DNA of 64,000 nucleotides from Eledone cirrhosa (GCA_964016885.1 OZ024749.1:50654001-50718000); one strand, 5' to 3'; positions 27,779-41,849 are shown, counted from the first letter of the stretch. Numbers and translations are program-made. The notes: generated from the letters alone by a model not told the origin.

Positions 27779-30613
27779 ATGTGTGTGTGTGTGTGTGTTC
27801 TATATCTATATGTGTGTGTTGTTAAGACAGAGAGGAAGACACAGAGAGAGACCTGATCATATAAACATCTATTCTTAGATTATTATGCTCTATAAGGAAA
27901 ACATTTCAATGAAGACCAATGATATAGAATAGTCTAATGTAATAAATGAAATTGAAATCTCAATGTTGCCGAAAACCAGGCAGGGCGAATCATTGGCTGG
28001 CGTTGGTAGACTTTATTGATATCGAAATTTAAATTTCCATTAATTTGATTTAGCATTGAAATTTTGGTTGAAAGTTCTGTTAATGTAATTATAACAAAAT
28101 CATTTTCTCTGCTAACCCACTTTGTTCCTTGCTTTGGTTCGTCCTTATTATTGACACTCTCTCTAACAACAACATCTTAGAATATGTCTCCTATTCATTA
28201 AGTGTTACGAGACGTGGATCTGGGATTTTAGTGATAAACGGGGTAAATTTGTATCGCTAATAAACAATTTTGTTTTATTCGGTAGCAATAGAAATAAGTA
28301 GGGAGAAGCATGAAATTGTAGAATGTTCTATCATGTTTGGGGTTATATATCACGAGAAATAGACAGTTCTATAAGTTGTGTATATGAGAGTTCGGGTGGA
28401 ATTGACGGTTCTATGAGATAAGCTGATTTCCAAGAATGGAACACAGACAAAGAGTTAAATATTATAGTTTGCTCATCCTGTAGCCCCAACTAAACCTCGA
28501 TTGAGCAGATCTATGATCAAATGTCTTCCAATCTTGGTCATGCCATCTTTTTTCAGAAGATGTTGTCCAACTTGTATTTCTTAAAAACGTAAATCTACCT
28601 GCTTCAGTCATATATATTAAATACTAACAGTAATAATGAATATTCTATGGTAACAAGAATAATTATACTTACTTACACAATGAGGTGCTGAACATATTTG
28701 AGAAAATTCGAACTATTACTCGCAAAAGTGCTTCTATTTTGTCTCACCTCACACTACATTGATGATCGAAGGGGAAAAGATATATGAAGCGGCAGTACTG
28801 AGAAGGTTCTCAGAATTCCATTCGTCTGAAGTGCTGTATTCAACATTTCCTGTGCTTCCAGCTTAGTAAATGGTAACGTTAGAACGGAGACGTCTTCAGT
28901 TACATATATTACATTTAAGTCAAGAGGATAATACGATCTTCATCAATACTATCTCCCCCACCCCTTCGATTTTTATAAACGTGAAGTTCTTTTCCTTCAG
29001 ACATAGAGATTAACATATAAAGGTTACATCTTTGCAAAGAACAAGAAAAAGCGAATTGATTTATCTTCTAAAATAAATTGAATAGACTAAGATGACAGGA
29101 AAAAAAACTATTAAGGTAAATGTAAAAATATAATCTACACTCGTCGAATGAAAATCAACTCTCACAATCAACCTTATCACCAACGAGAAGACGAATAACA
29201 CCACCACCTATCAAGTATAATAACAGGAAGTACATTGCCAAGTCACCAAACAGTCCTACCGATATCATTAGCTGAAAAGAAATCGAATGTTATTCATTAG
29301 ATCGAAACTAGTTTTAGTCTGTGTGATACAAACGTTCTGTAGGAAAATAAAGGCCAAGGACCCACACAGTTTATTTTCAGTAAAAATGAACTTTGTCCTT
29401 TGTAAGATATAAAAGTAATATAAAACTCGTCTGGAATTTCTGCAAGATAAGCTGCTTTAAAATGTCGTATGTTTTACAGATATTATGATGATAAGTTATA
29501 ACGTTTTCTTTATATCGTAAATAAATTTCAGTTTATGGTTACATGAGAATACTTCGGTAATCGCTGACGTGTTGGATATCAGCTTGCAGGGATATGAATT
29601 CGTTAAATTCTACGTCAATGAGTTTACGACGGATGAAGTTTGCTTGTAGCCTTAGTTAAAAACGATGATGATAATTCACTTAGACTTGAATTTGGATAAT
29701 GGAGTGCATTATGTTGACTTCCCAATAAAAATTAGGGTTTAGCTTCAAATAAAATTATTTCCTGCGTTATATAATTATTTTGCAGCATATTTCAAAATCA
29801 TAATCATTAAGTACAGTTGCACATCCACACACAGTAATTTTGAATATTCATGCAGCAGCATGGTGTTTTAATTGATTTCGTAAATGCCGTAAATTATTAA
29901 TTTCCGCTGCTTAATATTTTATGTGAGCATCCCAGTAGAGCCGTGGTGCAGTTAGTTCTCTCCACCGCATGCTAACATACAAGTTCAAACATATAGTAGC
30001 CTTGATTTGATCGACAATTTTCAGTATTTACATTTATTTGACCTCGAGCCAATGCAGCAATTAAAACGTTATTATGAAATAACCGATATTTAACCCACGA
30101 AGGGGCATAGCATTGAGAACGCAGCCTTAATAAATTAAATTTATTAGTATGGAATATTATTTTCTAATTGTTTATTTTTAGTAGTAAAATAATAATTGCG
30201 AATTTGGTAGAATCGGTGGAGCACCACACGTAAAAGATTTCATGAGTGGTTGTGTTAAACCATCAAACTGTTTAGCATCGCAACCCAGACATTTGGTGCC
30301 TTATGCGAAATCTTGTCTTTTGAAAGCGCACGTATCAGATATCAGTCGAGAAATAAATAGCTTGATATGAAGATATTTCCATCACCCTATCCGAGAGCAA
30401 AATGATGAATTGGCTGAGTCATTAGAACGCCTTCTGTCAGGTCCGCACCCTTACGATTCCACCATGATAGATTGGGTATTTACCATTATATAGTGGACCT
30501 TTACTTTGCTCAGTGATCCCAGGATGTCTGGAGGAGAGAACACACTGATGTTCTCATAATTTATGTTCTGAATTTAATCCGTCCTTCTCGAGTCTAACAA
30601 ATGACTATAAATC

Positions 30614-30718
<105 letters not shown>

Positions 30719-31407
30719 TTTCTTGTTTCTCTTCTCTCAGACTTGTTCTCCTGTTCTCTTATTCGTCCCCTCTCTCGCTCTCTCCCTTGTTCTCTCTCTC
30801 ACTTCGTCCCTCCATCATACGTACTTGAACTCAAACACTTTTATCCTGTCCTTTCCGGCCTAACAGACAGATATTTTACACCACAGAAACACAAGCTTGA
30901 ATATAATAATATCCTGGAGTAAACACGTCAGTTACAACACCAAAATATATACTTTACGATTTGTTAATTTTTATTAGAAGTATGCATTTTATGCCTGTCA
31001 TAGCTGTTTCTTTGTCTTAAATTTCATTGCTGCTGTTGTAAAGGATATTGAAGCTATTACAGTTGTTGCTGTTGTTGGAGGTGATGTTGAATTTGCTACT
31101 GTTGTTGATGCTGTTCTTACGTGTAATCATTCGTGTGATGATGAATTGATTTTGTGTTCTTCCAAGCGGACACTAATGTACATTTTAACTGAATAAGAAG
31201 AGACATTCTCACAGCAACAATTTTAGATTTTATTATACAAATACGTTTTCATTTTTCGAGGATATAAAATAGTTATTTTCGCTTTTATGTACGCAGGCAA
31301 ACTCAAGTGCGCGCCTAAACTAAACATACATATATAGAATTATAGACACACATGAACAGCCATGAACACACACATATATACAAACATGCATACAGACATA
31401 CATACAT

Positions 31408-31442
<35 letters not shown>

Positions 31443-31489
31443 GTCTATATATATATAAGTATATATATATATATGTGTGTGTGTATATA

Positions 31490-31531
<42 letters not shown>

Positions 31532-31573
31532 TAAAAAACTCCAACAAATTGAGGCATCATATACATAAATACA

Positions 31574-31619
<46 letters not shown>

Positions 31620-31627
31620 TGTATTTA

Positions 31628-31694
<67 letters not shown>

Positions 31695-31696
<2 letters not shown>

Positions 31697-31892
31697 CGAA
31701 GGAAATGTGGTAAGGAACCAGGTGGACCATAACCCAAAGTACTCAATACTTAGGGTAGTAGAGTGGGTAATAGGAACGAGTAGGACCCCAACGGCTGAGT
31801 TCAACCTGATTTCGACGGCTAATTCTGGACTGAATCCAGAATTAGCCGTCGAAACGGCTTGAGCTCAGCCGTCGGGGTCCTCCTACTCGCTC

Positions 31893-31894
<2 letters not shown>
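31695..31894. mobile_element. Fold-back cassette, family C (long arm on the minus strand)
   Basis: Axis at the GACGGCTAATTCTGGA-CTGAA-TCCAGAATTAGCCGTC hairpin, followed by GAAAC-GGCT..AGCC-GTC. Flanked by (TA)n. Confidence 0.85.
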
Positions 31895-31947
<53 letters not shown>

Positions 31948-32292
31948 TGCATATATATATATATATATATATAGACATGCATATATATATATATATATGC
32001 ATGTATTTATGTATATGATGCCACAATTTGTTGGACTTTTTTTTTATTTACTCACAACAACGAGTCGAACGAACAATATGCATTTCCCAATGGTCTGTTG
32101 TTTTTCCGCCTCCAACACTCCATCACTCCATTCCAAGTTTGTAAACAATCAAATATAAGATCCTCCATTCCATCATCTTCTTCACCACCATGCTGTTTGT
32201 TGCGACATCATTCCTCTCCACATCGCATACAGGGACATTTCTTCCATTCTACATCAATATTAAAATAACAAGGACAACAAAGGTCATATCTT

Positions 32293-32326
<34 letters not shown>

Positions 32327-33425
32327 TGGGGGGCGTTGGTTTACAAATCATTATATTACACGTCACTAAAAAATAATTTTTGAAAACAAACATCATCAAA
32401 TCTGTTGTCACGATCACCACTGTTACTGCGATGAGCAAAACCACCGCTACCACCAACAGCAACGATGCTATGAAGACCATTAACTGCTACAATAACAACA
32501 ACAATAGCAGCATTAATACAAGAAAAACAACACTGTCATCATTATCATAATTTCAAAGACCGCTTTTAAAAACACAAATACAAACGCATTTGCAATGTTT
32601 TGAAAAAATATTTAAATATACATTTAGACCGCTACAACTGGCGTACAGAATAGTAAAAATTTGTCTAAATTTCTTGATATTATCGTTATTATTATTTGTA
32701 TTGTTTTTTTTATTTTTATTAAAGCTCATAATGATGTGGATGATGATGATGAGGATGATGATATTGATGTTGTTGATGAAAATAATATGGATGTTATTTG
32801 ATGATGATGATGATTTTGATGGTATTAATAATGGTGTAGTAGATGATATTGTTTGTTTTGTTGTTGCCATTGTTTATCAAATAATGTTATCAAGTTTTAG
32901 TTTTGTCATCTTATTGTTAATGTTAGGAATGCATTATCTTATTTGTCAGTTATATCGTACCTTTTATAGTAGTTGTTCCTCGTTGTCTTCTTCTATATTG
33001 CGGACGTCGTACGCCATGCTGGAAAGAAAAAAATCAACAACAAAATTCAAAATCAATTGATGACAATAATTATGGAAAATTGTTTCGCATTCTAAGATTT
33101 ACTTTAGGAAAAACGTTTGTTCCATTAACTTTTAATACGCACAACAAACAACATTATTTCCGAGAAACACAATCACGTAGGCTTCTTTCCTTTCAAAAAC
33201 CCAGTTAGGAAAGTATGTTTTCTGCCAAACACCCACACACACAGACATACATAAACACAGACATACATATACATACACAATATATATATGTATGCATATT
33301 TATATACACACATTTATATATGTATGTATATATATATACATATACATACATATATATACATATATATATGTGCATGTGTGTTTGGCAGGAAACATAATTT
33401 CCTATATATATATGTGTATGTGTGC

Positions 33426-33473
<48 letters not shown>

Positions 33474-33535
33474 GTGTGTTGTGCATATATGTATATATAT
33501 ATAAATGCATATATGTATATATATATAAATATATG

Positions 33536-33605
<70 letters not shown>

Positions 33606-33641
33606 CATATATGCATTTATATATATATACATATATGCACA

Positions 33642-33692
<51 letters not shown>

Positions 33693-33696
<4 letters not shown>

Positions 33697-33880
33697 AGCT
33701 CAAGTCGTTTCGACGGCTAATTCTGGACTAAATGGTCTAATTTAGTCCAGAATTAGCCGTCGAAACGGCTTGAGCTCAGCCGTCGGGGTCCTACTCGTTC
33801 CTATTACCCACTCTACTACCCTAAGTATTGAGTACTTTGGTGCGTTATGGTCCATCTGGTTCCTTACCACATTTACTTCG

Positions 33881-33882
<2 letters not shown>
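33693..33882. mobile_element. Fold-back cassette, family C (long arm on the plus strand)
   Basis: Same sequence and axis as 31695-31894. Flanked by (TA)n. Confidence 0.85.
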
Positions 33883-33934
<52 letters not shown>

Positions 33935-34610
33935 GCTCACCAAATTGATAAAGGTTTTCAAGACCCTCCTTAATATATAATAACCTAGCCAGGGAATGGG
34001 TCTATACTCTCCCCAACATCCCTCTCTCACCACTCACCCCTCTCCTCTCTTCATAAATCTATTTCGGTAACTTTCGACAATTTAAACAATAATCAATAAT
34101 AACTCAATCTATTTTGTTCTGGAAACAATTTACCAATATAAATTCCTTAGATTTGATTTTCACTTTCAATTCTTTAGAGATTAAAACTGTGTCATCAAAG
34201 ACATCTTGTATTGACTCAGTGATTCTACATACTCGTATTTCTGATGACTTTATAAAGTAGAACTCCCTCAAGCAAGTAAAAAAAGCTAATAATAATTAAA
34301 GTCGTTTTTGAACACGCATTTCGTCTGTCTAGCGCTCAACGTATATCAAGGAACCTTGTAAAATAATACAAACACACACTGGTATATATGTATATGTGTG
34401 TGTGTGTACGTGTATGTGCGTGTATATCTGTTTTTGTGTGAATATGTGTATGTATCTATATTTATCTATCTATCTATCTATCTCCCTTTCTCTTTCTCTC
34501 TCTTTCTCTTTCTCTCTCTATATATATATATATTATATATATATATATAGGGCCCTACAGCTAAATATATATATGTAAGTATGTAATTATGTATGCATAT
34601 ATATATATAT

Positions 34611-35045
34611 ACGAGCAGCAGTACCCAGCCTTGCCTGAGTAGGTAAAATAATAATTGCTTCTACTTTTGGCACAAGGCCAGAAATTAACCAGTGTATTAC
34701 TGGAACTTTATTTTATCGACCTCGTAAGGATGAAAAGCAAAGTTAACCTTAGCGGGATTTGAACTCAGAATGGCAAGGGCCGTAACTCTATGCGTGAAAG
34801 CATGGCGTCCGACCCTCTACCGATACTGCCAATCCCCTGCCTTAGGTAGGTAAAATAATAATACCATTTAGTGTTAGAGGTCATTACCTCCCTCCTCCAG
34901 CATGCCCCTTCGTCAGTCCCCGCGTTTCTCAGTGATAGAGGTCATCACTACCCACCCCCGTATGGCCTGTGTGTGGCCATAGAAGAGTCATTGAGAAGCA
35001 GTCATATATATTTTATATATGTCATATATATGTTTTATATATATA
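34611..35045 (+). mobile_element. Possible non-autonomous Helitron/Helentron-like element interrupted by a SINE
   Basis: Start AC.AGCAGCAGTACCC.GC.TTGCC.G.GT resembles the ACTAG...ACCCGGCGTTGCCCGGGT subterminal palindrome of invertebrate DINE/HINE-like elements. Ends in TTTTATATAT. Confidence 0.3.
34650..34841 (-). mobile_element. tRNA-derived SINE, full length
   Basis: Matches the consensus. TSD GTAGGTAAAATAATAAT on both sides. Confidence 0.9.
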
Positions 35046-35058
35046 TATATATATAAGA

Positions 35059-35961
35059 GAGATTTATTTAATTATGTCTCATATAAAATAATACAACCAA
35101 CTTTCCACGGAATACCATATAGTTAGCACCCAAACACTTAATTGGGATTATACTTAGGTATATCCTATTGTTTGTTGAGTGAGATGGGGGTGGTCAGAGT
35201 ATCGCTTAAAGCCTTCTCTGTTAATGTATTAAATATAATACTCTTGGATGGCCAGATATGAAAAATCCAGATATTTAGGTATGACTTTATTTATTCTTTA
35301 TATGAAATATTGATTGCATTTTCCTGTATCTCATGTCTGATATTTTTGCCTGAGAAAATACCTATATGTATAGATAGTACATACATATATTTATTATTTT
35401 TTTAATATCTCTATGTGTGTATAGATGGTACATACATATATATTTTTTTTTTTAATATCCAATTGAGTTCTTAAACACGTGGTTAAAATACCTAACGGGC
35501 TTCAATGAGCAGCGTGTATATTATTTTATATTTTACGATGACCTCCCCAGGACTACTGGCTTTTCAAATTTAGCTGTCCTTCTAGCACTGACGGAGACCA
35601 TCACTGATTATTAATATCGATGTAATTTTTTATATCGATATTGCATGGGCATCCACTAATGAGTTATAAGGGCCCGCTGTGTGTATATCTATGGATTATA
35701 TACAAGTTTCTACATAACTTGGACATTATTTATCCCAACTTGTAAAAATCTTATAACGAAACGATCGTATGGAAAGAAAGGGAGATTTATTTAATTATGT
35801 CTCATATAAAATAATACAACCAACTTTCCACGAAATACTGATTAGTTAGCACCCCAAACACTTAATTGGGATTATACTTAGGTATATCCTAATGTTTGTT
35901 GAGTGAGATGGAATTGGTCAGAGTATCGCTTAAAGCTTTCTCTGTTAATGTATTAAATATA
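35059..35961 (+). mobile_element. Non-coding element with ~180-bp terminal direct repeats and an internal hammerhead (retrozyme/pLTR-like)
   Basis: Direct repeats at 35059-35236 and 35782-35961 (723-bp period). The hammerhead at 35652-35773 lies immediately upstream of the second repeat. (TA)n on both flanks. Confidence 0.75.
35652..35773 (+). ncRNA. Type I hammerhead ribozyme motif (core G5>A) with a large loop 2
   Basis: Stem I TCCA/TGGA, CTAATGA 35656-35662, perfect 8-bp stem II GTTATAAG/CTTATAAC, GAAAC-GATC-GTA 35758-35769. Confidence 0.75.
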
Positions 35962-35979
35962 TATATATGTGTGTGTATG

Positions 35980-36076
<97 letters not shown>

Positions 36077-37332
36077 CGAACGCAAAACATATAAATGTTG
36101 CTTTACTTATGAAAGACCTTTATGTATAAATCATATGTTTGTATGTTTGCGAACCAATTCATATATGCCGGTCACTTAATCCCTTATATAAATATGATTC
36201 TATACGTCTGTAATAGTGTCACTACGTACAACCATATGTTTCATACAATTAGTTATCATTATCAATATTTTACCCAACATTTCTTTAGAACACGAGGAAG
36301 ATTGGATGAGATTTAATTTCCTCCGTACGAAAGTAGCTGTCAGAATGAATAACTTCATTTTTATTCATGAGTTCAGAAATAGTCTTTTCTTGAAGGCAAA
36401 TACACCATAATTTTGGCATTGGTTAATATATTAGAGCATCGCCATCTTCACACTCACCTTATCATTCATCAGCACCATTACCATTATGAGTATAGAAATT
36501 CTACATAAAGTATTTTGATTCTAATATTTACACCATCGAAACAAGGGGTTTTCAATTTCTATAGGAGATGGTCATAATTTGGCAGACTAAAATCGTGTTC
36601 CTAAAGCGGAAATGGAAAATTAATATATGTATACATACATATATATATACATTATTCCGTGCTAAAACATTACTTTCACTCCATAAATTCATTCTCTTAA
36701 GCGATAATACATTGAAGACATTTTGGTCATAATATTAGTTTTGTGATTACAAAAAAAGAAATCCTTTATTTCTGCCACGAAATGCCTACGAAGCTACATG
36801 GTTTGATAAATTTGCGAACTGTTATATATTTTTGCCGCATTTGTAATTACTTCTCTGACAAACTTTCCTCTGATGGTTAGCGGCTTCGAAACATTATCAC
36901 AATGAAACACTATTCAATTTATTATGCCAGTAATTTTTACAGCTATAACGTCTACACATTCAGTTTTTTTTTTGTTAGATATGTCAAAGTGTGTATCTCT
37001 CCCGAGTACATTAATAAAAAAAATATAGCGTTGGAAATCAACACTAATAGATAAAATCTCTTAGCATAGATGTATTCCCATGTATCTGAGATCAGGTTTA
37101 AATGAGGGCCACTATATAATGGTGTAATTACTAACATAGGTATGTGACCTCACAGACGAGCTCTATATTTATTTTAGATCAACAAGGATACTCAAATATT
37201 ATTGTTTGACCGTTCAGGAAATGTTGAATGTCACAGCTGATCAAGGCAGAATTTGAGCTCCGAACATAAATATTGAAGCTAAATAAAACAGCACTTTTTA
37301 TCTCTCACACTCTTTTTCCCTCTAACACAATA

Positions 37333-37363
<31 letters not shown>

Positions 37364-37886
37364 CAGCCGTACTAAGAGTTAGAAATTAAATTTCATTTCA
37401 TTCTTTTCCATATATATATAACGCATAACAGTAAAATTTAAAGCGATGTATTTATTTATTGCTGTGACATTCAATTTTTGAAGATTAGTCACGAGAGCAT
37501 AATATTATGCATTGTGTATGTTCATACCATAGCAAAATAATGTAAATAAAGTACATATTGTAGTAGGTTTTAATCTTGGAAGCAGAAAATTAATTTTGCA
37601 GAAAGAAAAAAAATATTCCTACTATACAAATATTTTGTCTTTATTATTCGAAGAAACACTGCAAATTAGTATCTGAAGATGTATTGCTGAATTCATGAAA
37701 AAGAATTATTATTAATTTGTGAATATTCGTGATGGTTTTTGTGTTTAATATTTATATTCTTCACATACAATAGAATCAAAATGTAGTTTAAGAAGACGAG
37801 AACATGAATTTCCTTGCAATATATTTGCAGAATATTTTATAATAAAACATATTTTTAAAATTATATTTCCACATTCCACATCAGCC

Positions 37887-37989
<103 letters not shown>

Positions 37990-38319
37990 GTATATATATA
38001 TATATATATTTATAAATATATATATATATACATTTTTATATATACATATATTTATATATATTTATATATATTCATACATATATATTTTAATATATTTTTA
38101 TATATATATATATATACAATAAAAGTAATATACTATCAAATTAAAAATTGCATTCATATATACATACATACTTACATAAAGGTATATATATATACATATA
38201 TAATGTGTGTGTGTATATACATATTTATATATATTTGCATATATACATATATATATATGTGTGCATCTGTGTATATATATATTACACAAGCTCACAAGCA
38301 AGTACGTATGTATACATGT

Positions 38320-38510
38320 AATAATTGTTTCTACTTTTGGCACAAGGCCAGCAATTATCTCTGCATTACTGGTACTTCATTTTATCGACCCCGTAATGAT
38401 GCACGGCAAAGTTAATCGCGGTGGGATTTGAACTCAGATCATAAAGGGCCGTAACTCTATGCTATAAAGCATGGCATCCAACCCTCTACCGATACTGCCA
38501 ATTCACCGCC
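38320..38510 (-). mobile_element. tRNA-derived SINE, full length
   Basis: Matches the consensus. TSD TGTATACATGTAATAAT. Confidence 0.9.
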
Positions 38511-39114
38511 ATTGTATACATGTAATAATACACTCAGACATCAGCTTGTAGCTTATACATCATAGCCTTTTGTGAATAGTCTATTTTATGATCTGCTCAT
38601 TTGAAGATAGCGTGGGCCTGACGGACTGATATTCATTAGCAGCAGCGTAAATCAGTACAGAAACATATCTAGAAGCATATACATTATAGTTATATATAGT
38701 AAACATGTAAACATATATAAGTTTCGCTGTAGGTATTTCAAACTGTGATTATAATATCACAGCTCTCCGCCGCTGTGTTAAAATTAGGAATGAGAATATG
38801 TTAGATTAGATATAAAGGAAGAATTGATGGGTAAATTACAGCAGAAATATGTTTGATCAAATACGTGCTCGAATGGTTCTAGCCTGGTGGTAAGACAAGA
38901 AAGGACAACTATGAATGTGTATTAAACGAAGGATTGGATCTCTTCGTAATTACTTGACCAAGAAGGTTTGGCAGCTAAATCTCTTTAAAAGTATTGGTTC
39001 TTAAATTATAATAGATCTGCTCGTTCATGCTTGATCTGGAATTCAACTGTTGCACAAATTACTACTACTACTACTACTACTACTATTATTATTATTACTA
39101 CTACTACTACTACT

Positions 39115-39150
<36 letters not shown>

Positions 39151-39157
<7 letters not shown>

Positions 39158-39533
39158 CTTTCTTTATTAACCACAAGGGTTTACATAAAGTAGATATTAA
39201 GGACAGTACAGGACAATACAGGACGGTACAAAAACAGAGGATGTAACAAAAAAATACAATGAAAAATTCCCCCAATGGGGGGGGGAGACTTCCGAGGGAC
39301 ATTCGTGGGGAAAGCCCATTAAAAAGCCACAGTGACCCTGACCACCAGGGCAAGTGCCCTCTCCCAGTTTTCCACCTTTAATTTACAGACACATACTCAG
39401 AGTATTCAATCGGGCCATTCTTTCCTCTCTCACCCATCTTTCAACAAAATGATGGGAAGAGAGCGCTTCCCTCTCTACTCTGATTTTCCGTTTCAAATGA
39501 AATTTGAAAAAGTTAATCAGGGCATCACCGAAG
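39151..39533 (-). mobile_element. 3' end of a Tx1/L1-like non-LTR retrotransposon (5'-truncated) in (ATT)n
   Basis: The minus-strand frame FGDALINFFKFHLKRKIRVEREALSSHHFVERWVREERMARLNTLSMCL* (stop at 39385-39383) resembles a Tx1/L1 ORF2 C-terminus (F..W). It is followed by a 3' UTR, AATAAA and an (ATT)n tail. Confidence 0.6.
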
Positions 39534-39557
39534 AATAATAATAATAATAATAATAAT

Positions 39558-39591
<34 letters not shown>

Positions 39592-39592
<1 letters not shown>

Positions 39593-39766
39593 TACCAGTC
39601 CAATGGAAACTGCCCATATACTAAGGAAGATTCCGTCAATATAAGTACATCACAAGTCTAAACACCTAAAGATGCATGTGTGTGTATGTATGTTCTTTCT
39701 TGAACATGGCGGACCTTGTTGTCTCTTGAGGTCACTGATTGTGACTTGGTGATAAATAAGATAAAT
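39592..39766 (+). mobile_element. Short copy of the 3' end of the REL LINE
   Basis: Aligns to 40711-40890 (AATGG.AACTGCCCATATACTAAGGAAGA...GTGACTTGGTGATAA). Sits in (AAT)n. Confidence 0.85.
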
Positions 39767-39790
39767 ATTACTGTAATAATAATAATAATG

Positions 39791-39836
<46 letters not shown>

Positions 39837-40895
39837 GATCATATTCCATTACAAAAGATGCACAAAGATACAGTAATGGACTACAAATTTCAGAAGTCCC
39901 ATTTACTGCTGAAATGGAAAACACAGAAAAAGCAAAGCAGGTAAAAGTAACTGCAAAGAAAGAACTGCTACAGAAACTGGCTAAGAAATGGCAAGAAAAG
40001 CCTCTGTATGGAAAATACCCAGAGCGAGCTAACAATCCTGATGTTGACAAAACTTTAACCCATCAGTGGTTGGCATCCTCTGAACTGAAATCGGAGACTG
40101 AAGGACTGATTATATCGGCACAAGATCAGTGTCTGCCAACAAAAAATTACCAAGCCAACATAATAAAAAATGGGTGCAGCCCATTATGCCGTGTATGCAA
40201 AAAACAACCAGAGACCATTGACCATATAATTTCAATGTGCAGTCCTATAGCTCCAACCGAATACCTAAACAGGCATGACAGAGCTGCACAATACATACAT
40301 TGGATAATGTGTAAGCATTTTGACCTGCCCCATCAAAAGAATTGGTGGGAGCATCAACCACCTCCCATACTTGAAAAAGATGACATCTCAATCTTGTGGA
40401 ACTTTAGCATCCAAACAGACCGAAAAATAGATGCAAATAGACCTGATATAATATTGAAGGACTTTCAAAGGAGGGTATGCCTGCTAATTGATATGTCTGT
40501 TCCAATAGACAAGAATGTATCTATAAAAACATTTGAAAAATTGAGCAAGTATAAGGACCTGGAGATAGAAATTGGAAAAATGTGGAAATTGAGAACTAAA
40601 ACAATACCAGTGGTTGTAGGCGCTCTGGGAATGATACCTAAGGGGTCTAACGACTACTTATCGCAAATCCCAGGAAACCCGCGTATAGGAGAAATACAAA
40701 AGATAGTACTAATGGGAACTGCCCATATACTAAGGAAGATCCTGTCAATATAAGTACATCACAAGTCTAAACACTAAGGATGCATGTGTGAATATGTATG
40801 TTCTTTCTTGAACATGGCGGACCTTGTTGTCTCTTGAGGTCACTGGTTGTGACTTGGTGATAACTCGTATAAACATAAAGCAAGATAAATGCAAA
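39837..40895 (+). mobile_element. 5'-truncated R4/Dong-clade non-LTR retrotransposon (CCHC knuckle + restriction-like endonuclease)
   Basis: Uninterrupted frame to the stop at 40753 with CRVC..ETIDHIISMC, RHD and RPDIIL...IDMSVP...EKLSKY (PD-(D/E)xK). A ~140-nt 3' UTR follows, with (AAT)n on both sides. The first ~40 aa of the ORF-track entry are repeat-derived, and the RT core is absent. Confidence 0.9.
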
Positions 40896-41000
40896 TAATA
40901 ATAATAATACCTCTAATACTACTGCAACTATTACCTACCACTGCCTACTCCTATTATTGCTACTACTACTACTAATACTCCTATTAATATGAATGATTGT

Positions 41001-41064
41001 GTCTACTTTTGGCACAAGGCCAGCAATTATCCCAGTGCATTACTGGTACTTTATTTTATCGACC
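41001..41064 (-). mobile_element. SINE 3' fragment
   Basis: GTCTACTTTTGGCACAAGGCCAGCAATT...TTTATCGACC. Confidence 0.8.
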
Positions 41065-41091
41065 GCATGAATAATAATGCTAATAATAATA

Positions 41092-41280
41092 ATACCAGTC
41101 CAATGGGAACTGCCCATATACTAAGGAAGACTCTGTCAATATAAGCACATCACAATCTCTAAACACCTAAAGATACATGTCTGTGTTCTTTCTTGAACAT
41201 GGCAGACCTTGTTGTCTGTTGAGATCACTGGTTGTGACTTGGTGATAACTCGTATGAACATAAAGCAAGATAAATGAAAA
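41092..41280 (+). mobile_element. Short copy of the 3' end of the REL LINE
   Basis: Aligns to 40711-40890 and starts with the same ATACCAGTCCAATGG as the 39592 copy. Confidence 0.85.
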
Positions 41281-41849
41281 AGTAGTAATAATATAATCGC
41301 AATAATATTAATACCACTACTAATATTATTTATTACTACAACTACTGCTAATTAGTAGTGTCTAGCATATGCGTCGTTGACAAATTCTCAAGCGTTAGCT
41401 CGCCCTCCCAGCTGGTGCCATGAGTCATTTACCATAATATAACAGTTCTGTCAAGAAAATTGCCTTAACGTTTACAAGAGCATGTTATTAATACAATGGA
41501 AAATACGGTGAAATGATATTTTCTGAGAAGAATTGTAGTCAGTTGTGTGTTTAATCGGTTGTGGTTGTGTTCCAATGTAGTTTTATTCAATAAGTTGCAG
41601 GGAGAATTTACAAATGTGAATTAATTCGAGAAATTGCTGATATTGACATCAAATAACATTGATTCGGTATTAGAGAGACGGAATTAATCCAACATTTTCC
41701 GCACGTTTAATCAATACCATCCCGCCCCTATACATTAAACATCTTAGTTTTGCCTTATTAAATATGCCTCCAGCAGGCGAGAGACTTCGTTGCCAAACAT
41801 CTATCAGATCTATCATTTATATCCTATCCTATATACAATCTGGCTTTCG

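Noticed and set aside
29531-29648. Possible small host exon after TTTCAG (LWLHENTSVIADVLDISLQGYEFVKFYVNEFTTDE)
   Set aside because: Weak donor site, no recognisable homology and no partner exons; RNA-seq would be needed.
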